10,501 nt of DNA from a virus, in UHGV virus genome UHGV-1356964. One strand, written 5' to 3'. The notes under the pieces are model-generated. The model searched no databases and had not been told where the DNA came from. It saw nothing but the letters and a program-made list of their open reading frames with translations. Positions 1 to 6,159 of the stretch are shown here, in pieces. Within the stretch, counting starts at the first letter, position 1; each line of letters begins with the position of its first letter. The position numbers and the translations under genes are program-made.

Positions 1-1025
1 GTAAGGAGAAAATCCTGACCGTCGGAAAATATCCGCTTATGACTTTGCAGGAGGCAAGGGATAAAGCATGGACTGCGAGGAAAGAGATCTCGGTTGGCAT
101 CGATCCGGTAAAGGCGAAATAGGCTTCGTCTAACAACAATTCCTTTAGCGCCATTTACAAGGAATGGTACGAGCACAAGAAGCAAGTCTGGTCAGTAGGA
201 TATGCAAATGAACTTGCAAAAATGTTTGATGACGACATTTTACCCATCATCGGCGGTCTTGAAATTCAGGATATTGAGCCGATGCAACTACTGGAAGTAA
301 TCCGCAGATTTGAAGATCGCGGTGCAATGGAGCGAGCAAATAAAGCCCGCAGAAGATGCGGCGAGGTTTTCCGTTACGCTATTGTCACCGGAAGGGCTAA
401 ATATAACCCGGCACCTGACCTTGCAGACGCCATGAAAGGATACCGCAAGAAGAACTTCCCGTTTCTTCCAGCAGACCAGATCCCTGCATTCAACAAAGCA
501 CTGGCAACATTTTCAGGAAGCATCGTATCGCTCATTGCGACCAAAGTTTTACGCTACACAGCCCTAAGAACGAAAGAGCTTCGTTCCATGCAATGGAAGA
601 ACGTCGATTTTGAAAACAGGATTATCACCATCGACGCCAGTGTGATGAAGGGTCGCAAAATTCATGTGGTTCCTATGTCAGACCAGGTGGTTGAACTTCT
701 CACTACGCTAAGCTCAATCACTAAACCAGTATCAGAGTTTGTTTTTGCCGGTCGCAACGATAAGAAGAAGCCAATCTGCGAGAACGCGGTATTACTTGTG
801 ATCAAACAAATCGGCTATGAAGGTCTGGAAAGCGGTCACGGATTCAGGCATGAATTCAGCACGATTATGAACGAGCACGAATGGCCTGCTGACGCGATTG
901 AGGTGCAACTGGCACATGCCAACGGCGGATCTGTGCGCGGGATTTACAACCATGCTCAGTATCTCGATAAGCGCAGAGAAATGATGCAGTGGTGGGCGGA
1001 CTGGCTTGATGGGAAGGTGGAGTGA
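1..1025 (+). pseudogene. int: Tyrosine integrase (P4/IntS-like), 5' end outside window, interrupted by in-frame TAG at 120-122; longest intact ORF is 222-1025
   Basis: The frame starting at position 3 reads KEKILTVGKYPLMTLQEARDKAWTARKEISVGIDPVKAK, then TAG (120-122), then ASSNNNSFSAIYKEWYEHKKQVWSVGYANELAKMFDDD, continuing without a frame change into the 267-aa ORF 222-1025. That ORF carries tyrosine-recombinase hallmarks (HGFRHEF for the H-x-x-R box, LAHANGGSVRGIYNHAQY with the C-terminal Tyr). Integrase-like sequence on both sides of a single stop in one frame indicates a nonsense mutation, or an amber-suppressed gene, not a true gene end. Stop is TGA at 1023-1025. Confidence 0.75.
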
Positions 1026-1306
1026 TCCACCTTAACTATCGAATGACATAAAGCCTTGCAATCCAGTACAAAGCTTTGCGTTTCTCAGTTTTGCCTCAAG
1101 TGGATACAAATACCACCACCTGATGTGGTACATATCATTACATGTAAATAATTATATGATCACGAACTTACTAAAATATAAACATCACAACCCCATACAT
1201 TTATCACCTAAGTGCTTGACAAATGGCAAATGGTTTTGCAATCTTTCTTTAATTAGCATGATGTTCATGCTACTATTTGTAGAATATTTTTCAAATATGG
1301 TGATAT

Positions 1307-1615
1307 ATGTTTAAATACTTGTTTTTTATACTTACCTTTATGGTTAGTAATTCATCAAGCGCAAAGATAAATGAAATAGTATGTGGTTCTCATCTTGTTA
1401 AAGTTAACACATCAAATGCGTCCAAAGTGCATCTAGATGATGTAGAATTTAGCCTTGAAAAAGAATTTTTTAACGAGGCTCGTTCTCTTGATTATATATC
1501 TATTGATAAAGAAAAATTCACTTTAACTGAGTTTTATTCTGGTGATTATAGTATAACAATACAATCACCAGAAACTAAAAAAAGAGATATTATTATGTGC
1601 AAGTTGTTACGTTAA
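1307..1615 (+). CDS. Hypothetical small secreted protein (102 aa, signal-peptide-like N-terminus), AT-rich cargo
   Basis: ATG at 1307 with GGTGA a few nt upstream. N-terminus MFKYLFFILTFMVSNSSSA looks like a cleavable signal peptide, followed by a hydrophilic ~80-aa domain. A 102-codon open frame in ~28% GC DNA is unlikely by chance because stops are frequent there. The ORF converges on and overlaps the stop of the neighbouring - strand gene (1607-1615), which lowers confidence. Confidence 0.35.
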   Translation: MFKYLFFILTFMVSNSSSAKINEIVCGSHLVKVNTSNASKVHLDDVEFSLEKEFFNEARSLDYISIDKEKFTLTEFYSGDYSITIQSPETKKRDIIMCKLLR

Positions 1616-2725
1616 CGCTTTGTTCTTATTTGAAATTGCACATATCATAGCAATAGCCATATAAAACACAGCAAAAAACGGCAGGCTAATTTTTAAAGAT
1701 GATAGCAACATCATTAGCTTTGCCCTTTTTGTTATTTTAATTTTAATTATAAAAACACAATATAATACTATGCATAATACTCCAAATGGAAGACCGAATA
1801 TTGTAATAAAGTTTCCAAATATAGTCATATCATATAACGACTCATAAAATGATGGCGCAGATTCTGACTTACCAATCAAACCATAACCAAAAATATATAA
1901 ATTTTGATTTCCAATAAAATCAAGAATGGTCTCTATCTTTATATTATTGCTACCATCAGCCCCAGATAGAAATAAAACAATCCTGTCATTTACAATATTT
2001 AAAACAGAAAGATACCCAATCACAAATATTGCTATCACTGGGATAATCATCCTAATTCTCATCATGCCAACACATAGCATGAGAAAGCAAAGAAATATTC
2101 CAACAAATGACAATGTAAACGTCATTGAAACGCATGACAGTAAAAACAAATAATCAATCTTTTTATTAATTGCATATCGTAACGTAATTAACCACGCTGT
2201 TATTCCGCAATATACACTTGGTTCTGCAGTTAGCCCTGTTGGCCTAAACCCAACTCCAGTCATCATATTTCTTGATGGTTCACCACCAATTAGCATAGAG
2301 TAGTCAACAATAGAACCAAATAAAAGTTTCGATACTACTTGAATAAATAAAGAGAGTATGAAAACTACTAGCGCTGCATTTATGGATCTCTCTAAAGTAT
2401 CTTTATCCACCCCCTTACATCCAACATATAACAAGTATGACGACACCACCCAAATTATTACTTTAAGCGTCTGTGATAATAATATCTCATTATGCTTTGA
2501 TATATAAACTTGGATAAATGAACTTATTATAACAATAGATACCACCATTATTATAAATAATAATGACTGATACGTCATTTTACTTACACTTTTTGCGTAT
2601 AAAAAAAGGCATGCGAATGGAAATAGGAATAGTTGTACACCATAAACTGTCACCGGAGATGCTAAATCTATAATTACACCAATTACTGCAATAAAAAGGA
2701 AAAAGGCACTCATGTTAACCACCAT
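1607..2725 (-). CDS. Polytopic inner-membrane protein, Wzy/EpsG-like (candidate O-antigen polymerase / serotype-conversion protein)
   Basis: 372-aa ORF with about 10 hydrophobic helix-length segments separated by short loops, one with GGEPSRNMMTGVGFRPTGLTAEPS. Very low GC. It lacks the N-terminal motif I associate with acyltransferase-3 O-acetylases, and its size fits Wzy-type polymerases (350-450 aa). It sits in the int-tailspike slot that P22-like phages use for O-antigen modification genes. The start may be the second ATG (2711-2713), which has GGTGG 5 nt upstream. Function is inferred from topology and context only. Confidence 0.6.
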   Translation of the reverse strand: MVVNMSAFFLFIAVIGVIIDLASPVTVYGVQLFLFPFACLFLYAKSVSKMTYQSLLFIIMVVSIVIISSFIQVYISKHNEILLSQTLKVIIWVVSSYLLYVGCKGVDKDTLERSINAALVVFILSLFIQVVSKLLFGSIVDYSMLIGGEPSRNMMTGVGFRPTGLTAEPSVYCGITAWLITLRYAINKKIDYLFLLSCVSMTFTLSFVGIFLCFLMLCVGMMRIRMIIPVIAIFVIGYLSVLNIVNDRIVLFLSGADGSNNIKIETILDFIGNQNLYIFGYGLIGKSESAPSFYESLYDMTIFGNFITIFGLPFGVLCIVLYCVFIIKIKITKRAKLMMLLSSLKISLPFFAVFYMAIAMICAISNKNKALT

Positions 2726-2742
2726 GATTTTGAATTTGCGAT

Positions 2743-2771
2743 ATTGTACAATGAGCGCCTTTGCTATGCAA
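2743..2771 (-). promoter_or_regulatory. Candidate sigma70 promoter for the Wzy-like gene
   Basis: On the - strand: -35 TTGCAT (reverse complement of 2766-2771), 17-bp spacer, -10 TACAAT (reverse complement of 2743-2748), directly after the tailspike stop and 18-30 nt upstream of the candidate starts. The -10 lies inside a perfect 10-bp palindrome ATTGTACAAT (2743-2752). Confidence 0.3.
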
Positions 2772-2772
2772 T

Positions 2773-4821
2773 TTATAAATATTTCAAGACAAACATCATG
2801 AGCTCATCATATCTTACACCATATCTGTCACCGAAATCAGTTTCGTCTTTGCACCAGAACCCATACTTTTCAGGATTTAACCCATTATTGCGCATTATGA
2901 CGCCAACCGTTTGCGCCCCGACACCAAAATGATAACGCGCGTTACCACCTTTACTTCTGATGCTCTCTTTCAGCTTGTACCTGTAAATACATTTTCTTAT
3001 TTCATTTGCCGCTTGTTTTTCTTTCAATAAAAGATCATCTGAACATCCGCATGGTTCTTTCATTGATTCATCTGATGTAGTTATTACACCTGTGGTAGAA
3101 TATATTGCTGACCATCTTTTTGTTGTATCGCCTAATGCCGTATCTGAGTCACCTTCAGGAGCTAATCTATTATAGCCACTAATAAGAAGGTCATTTTTTG
3201 GGAGCTCTTTTGATACTCCACCATCAGTTGATGTTAATTTAACGCCTCTTGTTCCAGGTATACTTTTTATTTCAATGCCTGCCTCTGATGTTCCTATTAT
3301 CTGTAGATCGGAATTTTTATTTCTACCATCCTGAAATGGAAGTTCAAAAACATTAGATGTAAATCTCCAATCCGTATCAGAATAAAGCTCGGCTGGTGAC
3401 GAGTTATCGCGCTGTATTATAATGGCACCTTTTCCGCTATCTCGTCTCCGACAACCGGCAATGTTTGCTTGGTTGGGATCCATATTTGAGCTAACCAACA
3501 CACCATCAAACTGAGATATGCTTTCGTAATTATTAGCTCCTTGCCGCTGTGCACTTTCACTTATATAAACCCATGCCCAATCAAAATGGTTCTCATAACT
3601 TCCAACGTTCAGGTCAATCTGATACGGACGAGTGCACAACTCGCCAAAAAACCCACGGAAGTGGATATTACCTGCCACTGATGTATCACTGTTCACCGTC
3701 TTAACAATACGTACTGCGCATGGCACGTCTGCAGGCCAATTGCCCAGAGTGATATTCTCGGAGTGGCCACCAAACACGCGCAAAGAGTCGGTAGACTCAA
3801 TCCAAAAACTACAATTTCCCGTGGCATGATGGGGGTTATATATATGTATGCGCGTATTATTATTATCGCCACTGACGCTGCGTTCAAAATAAAACCCACA
3901 GTCTACACGCTCAAAGTTAGGGTTCATAATTGAGTGGTAGTACGAGCCGCTGTTTTCACCTGATACTGTTGGTCCCGGCTTGAATTTCAGTCCGACTTTT
4001 ACTCCCCTTGCACGTGGATTCTCCATTACACAAAATTGCTGTGACACACGCATGGTTGCCTGAGATTCGTCTTCAGGAGCAATGGCGTAGGCAATAACGT
4101 CAGAGTAGTTATCTGGGTTAATTACTACAGGATTGATTATGTGGCAGAAATCATGGCTCATTCTTAAACATGTAATTCCCGAGTCTCCTGCTACGATTGT
4201 TGTACCAGTAAAATCAATATACCGTGTAGATGTAACATCCTGTGTATACGAGCCATCGAACTTCATTACAAGACTTTGTGTTATGCGATATATCGCACCT
4301 ACTCTCCCTGTTAATTTACCAAAAGGTATTCCTTCGAGCCATGCTAATGCTGATAACATAGATGTGGTGTCGTCAACAATCCCATCACCAATTGCCCCAA
4401 ACTCTTCAAATGTTTTAATGGCTGTCGCCCGATGCGCTATCTGATCAATTGTTGAGCCATATTTTGTTAGACTCTGCCTTAGCTGATCAGGATCATACTT
4501 CAGCACGTTTGGAAAATAGAACTGCTGTGCACCATACGCATCATAAACAGCCATAGAATGACCTTGCACCGTAACAAACTTGGCAATCTGTCCGTTATAT
4601 ACAGGGTAACCAGCAGAATTGATAATGATTGGTTGCGAAACAGGAATGTGAGATCCGTCTTCGTTCTCTACATAAACCTGAATCTGGTTTTCAGGATTTA
4701 CCGGGTCAGTATCAATTTTACCGATATAAATTTTGCCATTGGCTACGGCTTTAAAAGAACGCGCCATAGTGAAGAGTTGCGAAGGCATACTCACTACAAC
4801 ATTGGCTGTAATGTCTGTCAT
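2773..4821 (-). CDS. Tailspike protein (P22/Sf6-type head-binding domain, beta-helix-like receptor-binding domain, C-terminal intramolecular-chaperone-like domain)
   Basis: The N-terminus [61 protein letters not shown]...VLKYDPDQ matches, from memory, the conserved head-binding domain of P22-family tailspikes. The central region is Gly/Asn/Ser/Thr/Asp-rich with many aromatics, typical of a beta-helix glycanase. The C-terminus has TSDESMK, fitting the S-D-x-x-x-K Ser/Lys motif of self-cleaving chaperone domains. GGAG lies 8 nt upstream of the ATG at 4819-4821. Confidence 0.93.
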   Translation of the reverse strand: MTDITANVVVSMPSQLFTMARSFKAVANGKIYIGKIDTDPVNPENQIQVYVENEDGSHIPVSQPIIINSAGYPVYNGQIAKFVTVQGHSMAVYDAYGAQQFYFPNVLKYDPDQLRQSLTKYGSTIDQIAHRATAIKTFEEFGAIGDGIVDDTTSMLSALAWLEGIPFGKLTGRVGAIYRITQSLVMKFDGSYTQDVTSTRYIDFTGTTIVAGDSGITCLRMSHDFCHIINPVVINPDNYSDVIAYAIAPEDESQATMRVSQQFCVMENPRARGVKVGLKFKPGPTVSGENSGSYYHSIMNPNFERVDCGFYFERSVSGDNNNTRIHIYNPHHATGNCSFWIESTDSLRVFGGHSENITLGNWPADVPCAVRIVKTVNSDTSVAGNIHFRGFFGELCTRPYQIDLNVGSYENHFDWAWVYISESAQRQGANNYESISQFDGVLVSSNMDPNQANIAGCRRRDSGKGAIIIQRDNSSPAELYSDTDWRFTSNVFELPFQDGRNKNSDLQIIGTSEAGIEIKSIPGTRGVKLTSTDGGVSKELPKNDLLISGYNRLAPEGDSDTALGDTTKRWSAIYSTTGVITTSDESMKEPCGCSDDLLLKEKQAANEIRKCIYRYKLKESIRSKGGNARYHFGVGAQTVGVIMRNNGLNPEKYGFWCKDETDFGDRYGVRYDELMMFVLKYL

Positions 4822-4877
4822 TTAATTTGCTCCAGATACAAGGAATCGCCGCAGCGGGACTACGGTGAATTTTGGGC

Positions 4878-4902
4878 ATAAAAAACCCAGCCGAAGCTGG
4901 GT
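4878..4902 (-). terminator. Intrinsic terminator (- strand) upstream of the tailspike gene
   Basis: The - strand transcript would form a 7-bp stem (ACCCAGC / GCUGGGU) with a 4-nt loop, followed by UUUUUAU (reverse complement of + 4878-4884). On the + strand the stem is followed by CGTTGCG, so it is not a + strand terminator. Confidence 0.55.
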
Positions 4903-4953
4903 CGTTGCGTTGGTTATCTGTCAGTAGTTATGTACTGGCTGAAGGATTTGTAC

Positions 4954-4983
4954 AAAAAACCACCTGACGGTGGGTTAATTTTT
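4954..4983. terminator. Hairpin with flanking A and T runs (bidirectional terminator candidate; stronger on - strand)
   Basis: Stem CCACC (4960-4964), loop TGAC, stem GGTGG (4969-4973). On the + strand it is followed by GTTAATTTTT; on the - strand by UUUUUUG (reverse complement of AAAAAA at 4954-4959). The stem is short (5 bp). Confidence 0.45.
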
Positions 4984-5001
4984 GCATTTACCTGGGCCAT
5001 A

Positions 5002-5030
5002 TTGACTACTCATAAAATGAGATCAATATT
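5002..5030 (+). promoter_or_regulatory. Candidate sigma70 promoter for the small basic-protein gene
   Basis: -35 TTGACT (5002-5007), 17-bp spacer, -10 AATATT (5025-5030), about 37 nt upstream of the ATG at 5067. The spacer contains the inverted repeat CTCAT-AAA-ATGAG (5009-5021), a possible operator. The -10 is weak. Confidence 0.3.
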
Positions 5031-5066
5031 TAATCGCCCAATAACGGGTGCATGTTGAGGTATATC

Positions 5067-5246
5067 ATGGCGAAAAAACCAGGTGAAAACACAGGAAAAA
5101 ACGGCGGAATATACCAAGAAGTTGGCCCACGCGGCGGTAAGAAAGACAATTTTGCCACCGTCAAGGACAACGAAAGGCTTCCACCAACAACAAAGCCAGG
5201 TCATGGCTGGGTATTGGATAAGCGAACTCCAGACAGCAAAAAGTAA
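5067..5246 (+). CDS. Small basic Gly/Lys/Pro-rich protein (59 aa), function unknown
   Basis: ATG at 5067 with GAGG 6 nt upstream; the track's 5052 start is probably an upstream in-frame ATG without a ribosome-binding site. Product: MAKKPGENTGKNGGIYQEVGPRGGKKDNFATVKDNERLPPTTKPGHGWVLDKRTPDSKK. A + strand terminator follows immediately (5253-5275). I could not place the family from memory. Confidence 0.6.
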   Translation: MAKKPGENTGKNGGIYQEVGPRGGKKDNFATVKDNERLPPTTKPGHGWVLDKRTPDSKK

Positions 5247-5252
5247 TAATCA

Positions 5253-5275
5253 AGCCGGTTCACTCCGGCTTTTTG
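5253..5275 (+). terminator. Intrinsic terminator after the small basic-protein gene (overlaps the 3' end of the convergent peptidase gene)
   Basis: Stem AGCCGG (5253-5258), 6-nt loop TTCACT, stem CCGGCT (5265-5270), followed by TTTT (5271-5274), 7 nt after the TAA at 5244-5246. On the - strand the same hairpin is followed by a moderately U-rich tract, so it may also serve the convergent gene. Confidence 0.6.
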
Positions 5276-5625
5276 ATATGTTGCTCGCAGAACTCAACAA
5301 GCCTGCTCATTAAGTAGCAGTAAGTCTCGTTGGCTCTTCCTGGTTCAACATCAACACCTACCCTTGAGCAGATATCGAATGCCATGTGAGCGCACTCATG
5401 GGCAATAGTAGATAGTTTGCCATTGAACACGCCTATCACATGCAAAACACCATTCTCGCTACTCATTGTATGAGACGCTCCGTTGGCGTCCGAGTCATGC
5501 ACGTCAACGCCAAGTTTTTGATGCAGGCGTTGCCATTCTGGAAAGTCTCTACAAAACACAATTGTACCGCTCTCAAAGAGCGGAACGAGCATCTTTGGTA
5601 CGTTTCCAATGTTAACTTTTTTCAT
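5260..5625 (-). CDS. Small HEXXH zinc-metallopeptidase-like protein, ImmA/IrrE (DUF955)-like, 121 aa
   Basis: The motif KLSTIAHECAHMAF (x-T-[LI]-A-H-E-x-x-H) is followed about 15-25 residues later by VEPGRANETYCYLMS, which resembles the E-x-x-A-N-x-[FY]-x-x-x-L-[LM] segment after the HEXXH in ImmA/IrrE-type peptidases. AGGA lies 4 nt upstream of the ATG. There is no adjacent helix-turn-helix partner gene. Confidence 0.75.
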   Translation of the reverse strand: MKKVNIGNVPKMLVPLFESGTIVFCRDFPEWQRLHQKLGVDVHDSDANGASHTMSSENGVLHVIGVFNGKLSTIAHECAHMAFDICSRVGVDVEPGRANETYCYLMSRLVEFCEQHIKKPE

Positions 5626-5659
5626 GGTATCCTGCGAAAAACTAAGGAGAGTTAATTAT

Positions 5660-6145
5660 ATGAAAAAATCACTGTTAATTATCCCGCTTCTGCTGGCTGG
5701 GTGCGCAAAAGTAAGCGACTATCAGGCAAGTTGCGAGCAACGCTATCCAAAGCTTAGCGATATGGCTAATTGCCTTGATGCCAGCTTGAAGAACGACTCT
5801 CGCATGGCATCAGCACCAACACCTAAGCTGTATGTCCTTGCTGCGAAGATGCTCGGGCAAGGTGTCGATGAAGGCAAGATAAGTGACACACAGGCAAGAC
5901 TTGAACTTCAGAATCTTTATGTTCAATTACAAAGCCAAGAACAAGCACAACAAATAGCACAAAGCCAAGCATTCCAGCAGGCTTTATTGAATTATCAGGC
6001 TGTAAACACAATGCAAGCGATCGAGCAAAAAGCGCGCCAGCCTGTTATAACTCAACCTTACCCAACACGCGTTGACACATATACAAACTGCAATTCAGGA
6101 TTTGGAAACACGGTAACATGCAACAGTAGCAGTAATATCAGGTAG
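5660..6145 (+). CDS. Lipoprotein (161 aa; lipobox LAGC, Ala at +2, Gln-rich middle region)
   Basis: ATG at 5660 preceded by AAGGAG (5644-5649). N-terminus MKKSLLIIPLLLAGCAKVS is a classical type II signal peptide with lipobox L-A-G-C. The track's longer ORF from 5609 would overlap the divergent peptidase gene start and lacks a ribosome-binding site. The mature protein is Gln/Ala-rich with a Cys-containing C-terminal tail (TNCNSGFGNTVTCNSSSNIR). Confidence 0.8.
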   Translation: MKKSLLIIPLLLAGCAKVSDYQASCEQRYPKLSDMANCLDASLKNDSRMASAPTPKLYVLAAKMLGQGVDEGKISDTQARLELQNLYVQLQSQEQAQQIAQSQAFQQALLNYQAVNTMQAIEQKARQPVITQPYPTRVDTYTNCNSGFGNTVTCNSSSNIR

Positions 6146-6159
6146 TTATATCTTATCTT

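Noticed and set aside
1117-1131. Inverted repeat ACCAC-CTGAT-GTGGT downstream of int
   Set aside because: No U-run follows on either strand, so it is not a convincing intrinsic terminator.
1026-1306. Possible attP or tRNA 3' fragment downstream of int, as expected for lambda-type integrases
   Set aside because: I saw no tRNA-like T-arm or acceptor sequence (GGTTCGAATCC-type) by eye. For a P4/IntS-type integrase the att site is expected on the 5' side of int, outside this window. Not verifiable without a tRNA search.
1123-1314. 63-aa + strand ORF in the AT-rich region downstream of int
   Set aside because: No ribosome-binding site, odd composition, and it overlaps the start of the better-supported 1307 ORF; probably a chance open frame.
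2744-4881. Several 60-107-aa ORFs antisense to or overlapping the tailspike gene (2744-2932, 3632-3829, 3693-3899, 4133-4444, 4558-4881)
   Set aside because: All are fully embedded in the strongly supported tailspike reading frame and lack start signals; typical shadow ORFs.
5010-5204. 64-aa - strand ORF antisense to the small basic-protein gene
   Set aside because: Trp/Cys-rich implausible product with no translation signals; an antisense artefact of the + strand gene.
5083-5313. 76-aa alternate-frame ORF (GTG start) overlapping the 59-aa basic-protein gene
   Set aside because: GTG start with no properly spaced ribosome-binding site; it runs through the terminator hairpin and into the convergent peptidase gene. 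The 5067-5246 frame has GAGG at ideal spacing and a terminator right after its stop.
5609-5659. Longer lipoprotein start at 5609 (extra 17 residues, MLTFFMVSCEKLRRVNY)
   Set aside because: The extension has no ribosome-binding site and overlaps the 5' end of the divergent peptidase gene, whereas the ATG at 5660 has AAGGAG upstream and begins a canonical lipoprotein signal peptide.
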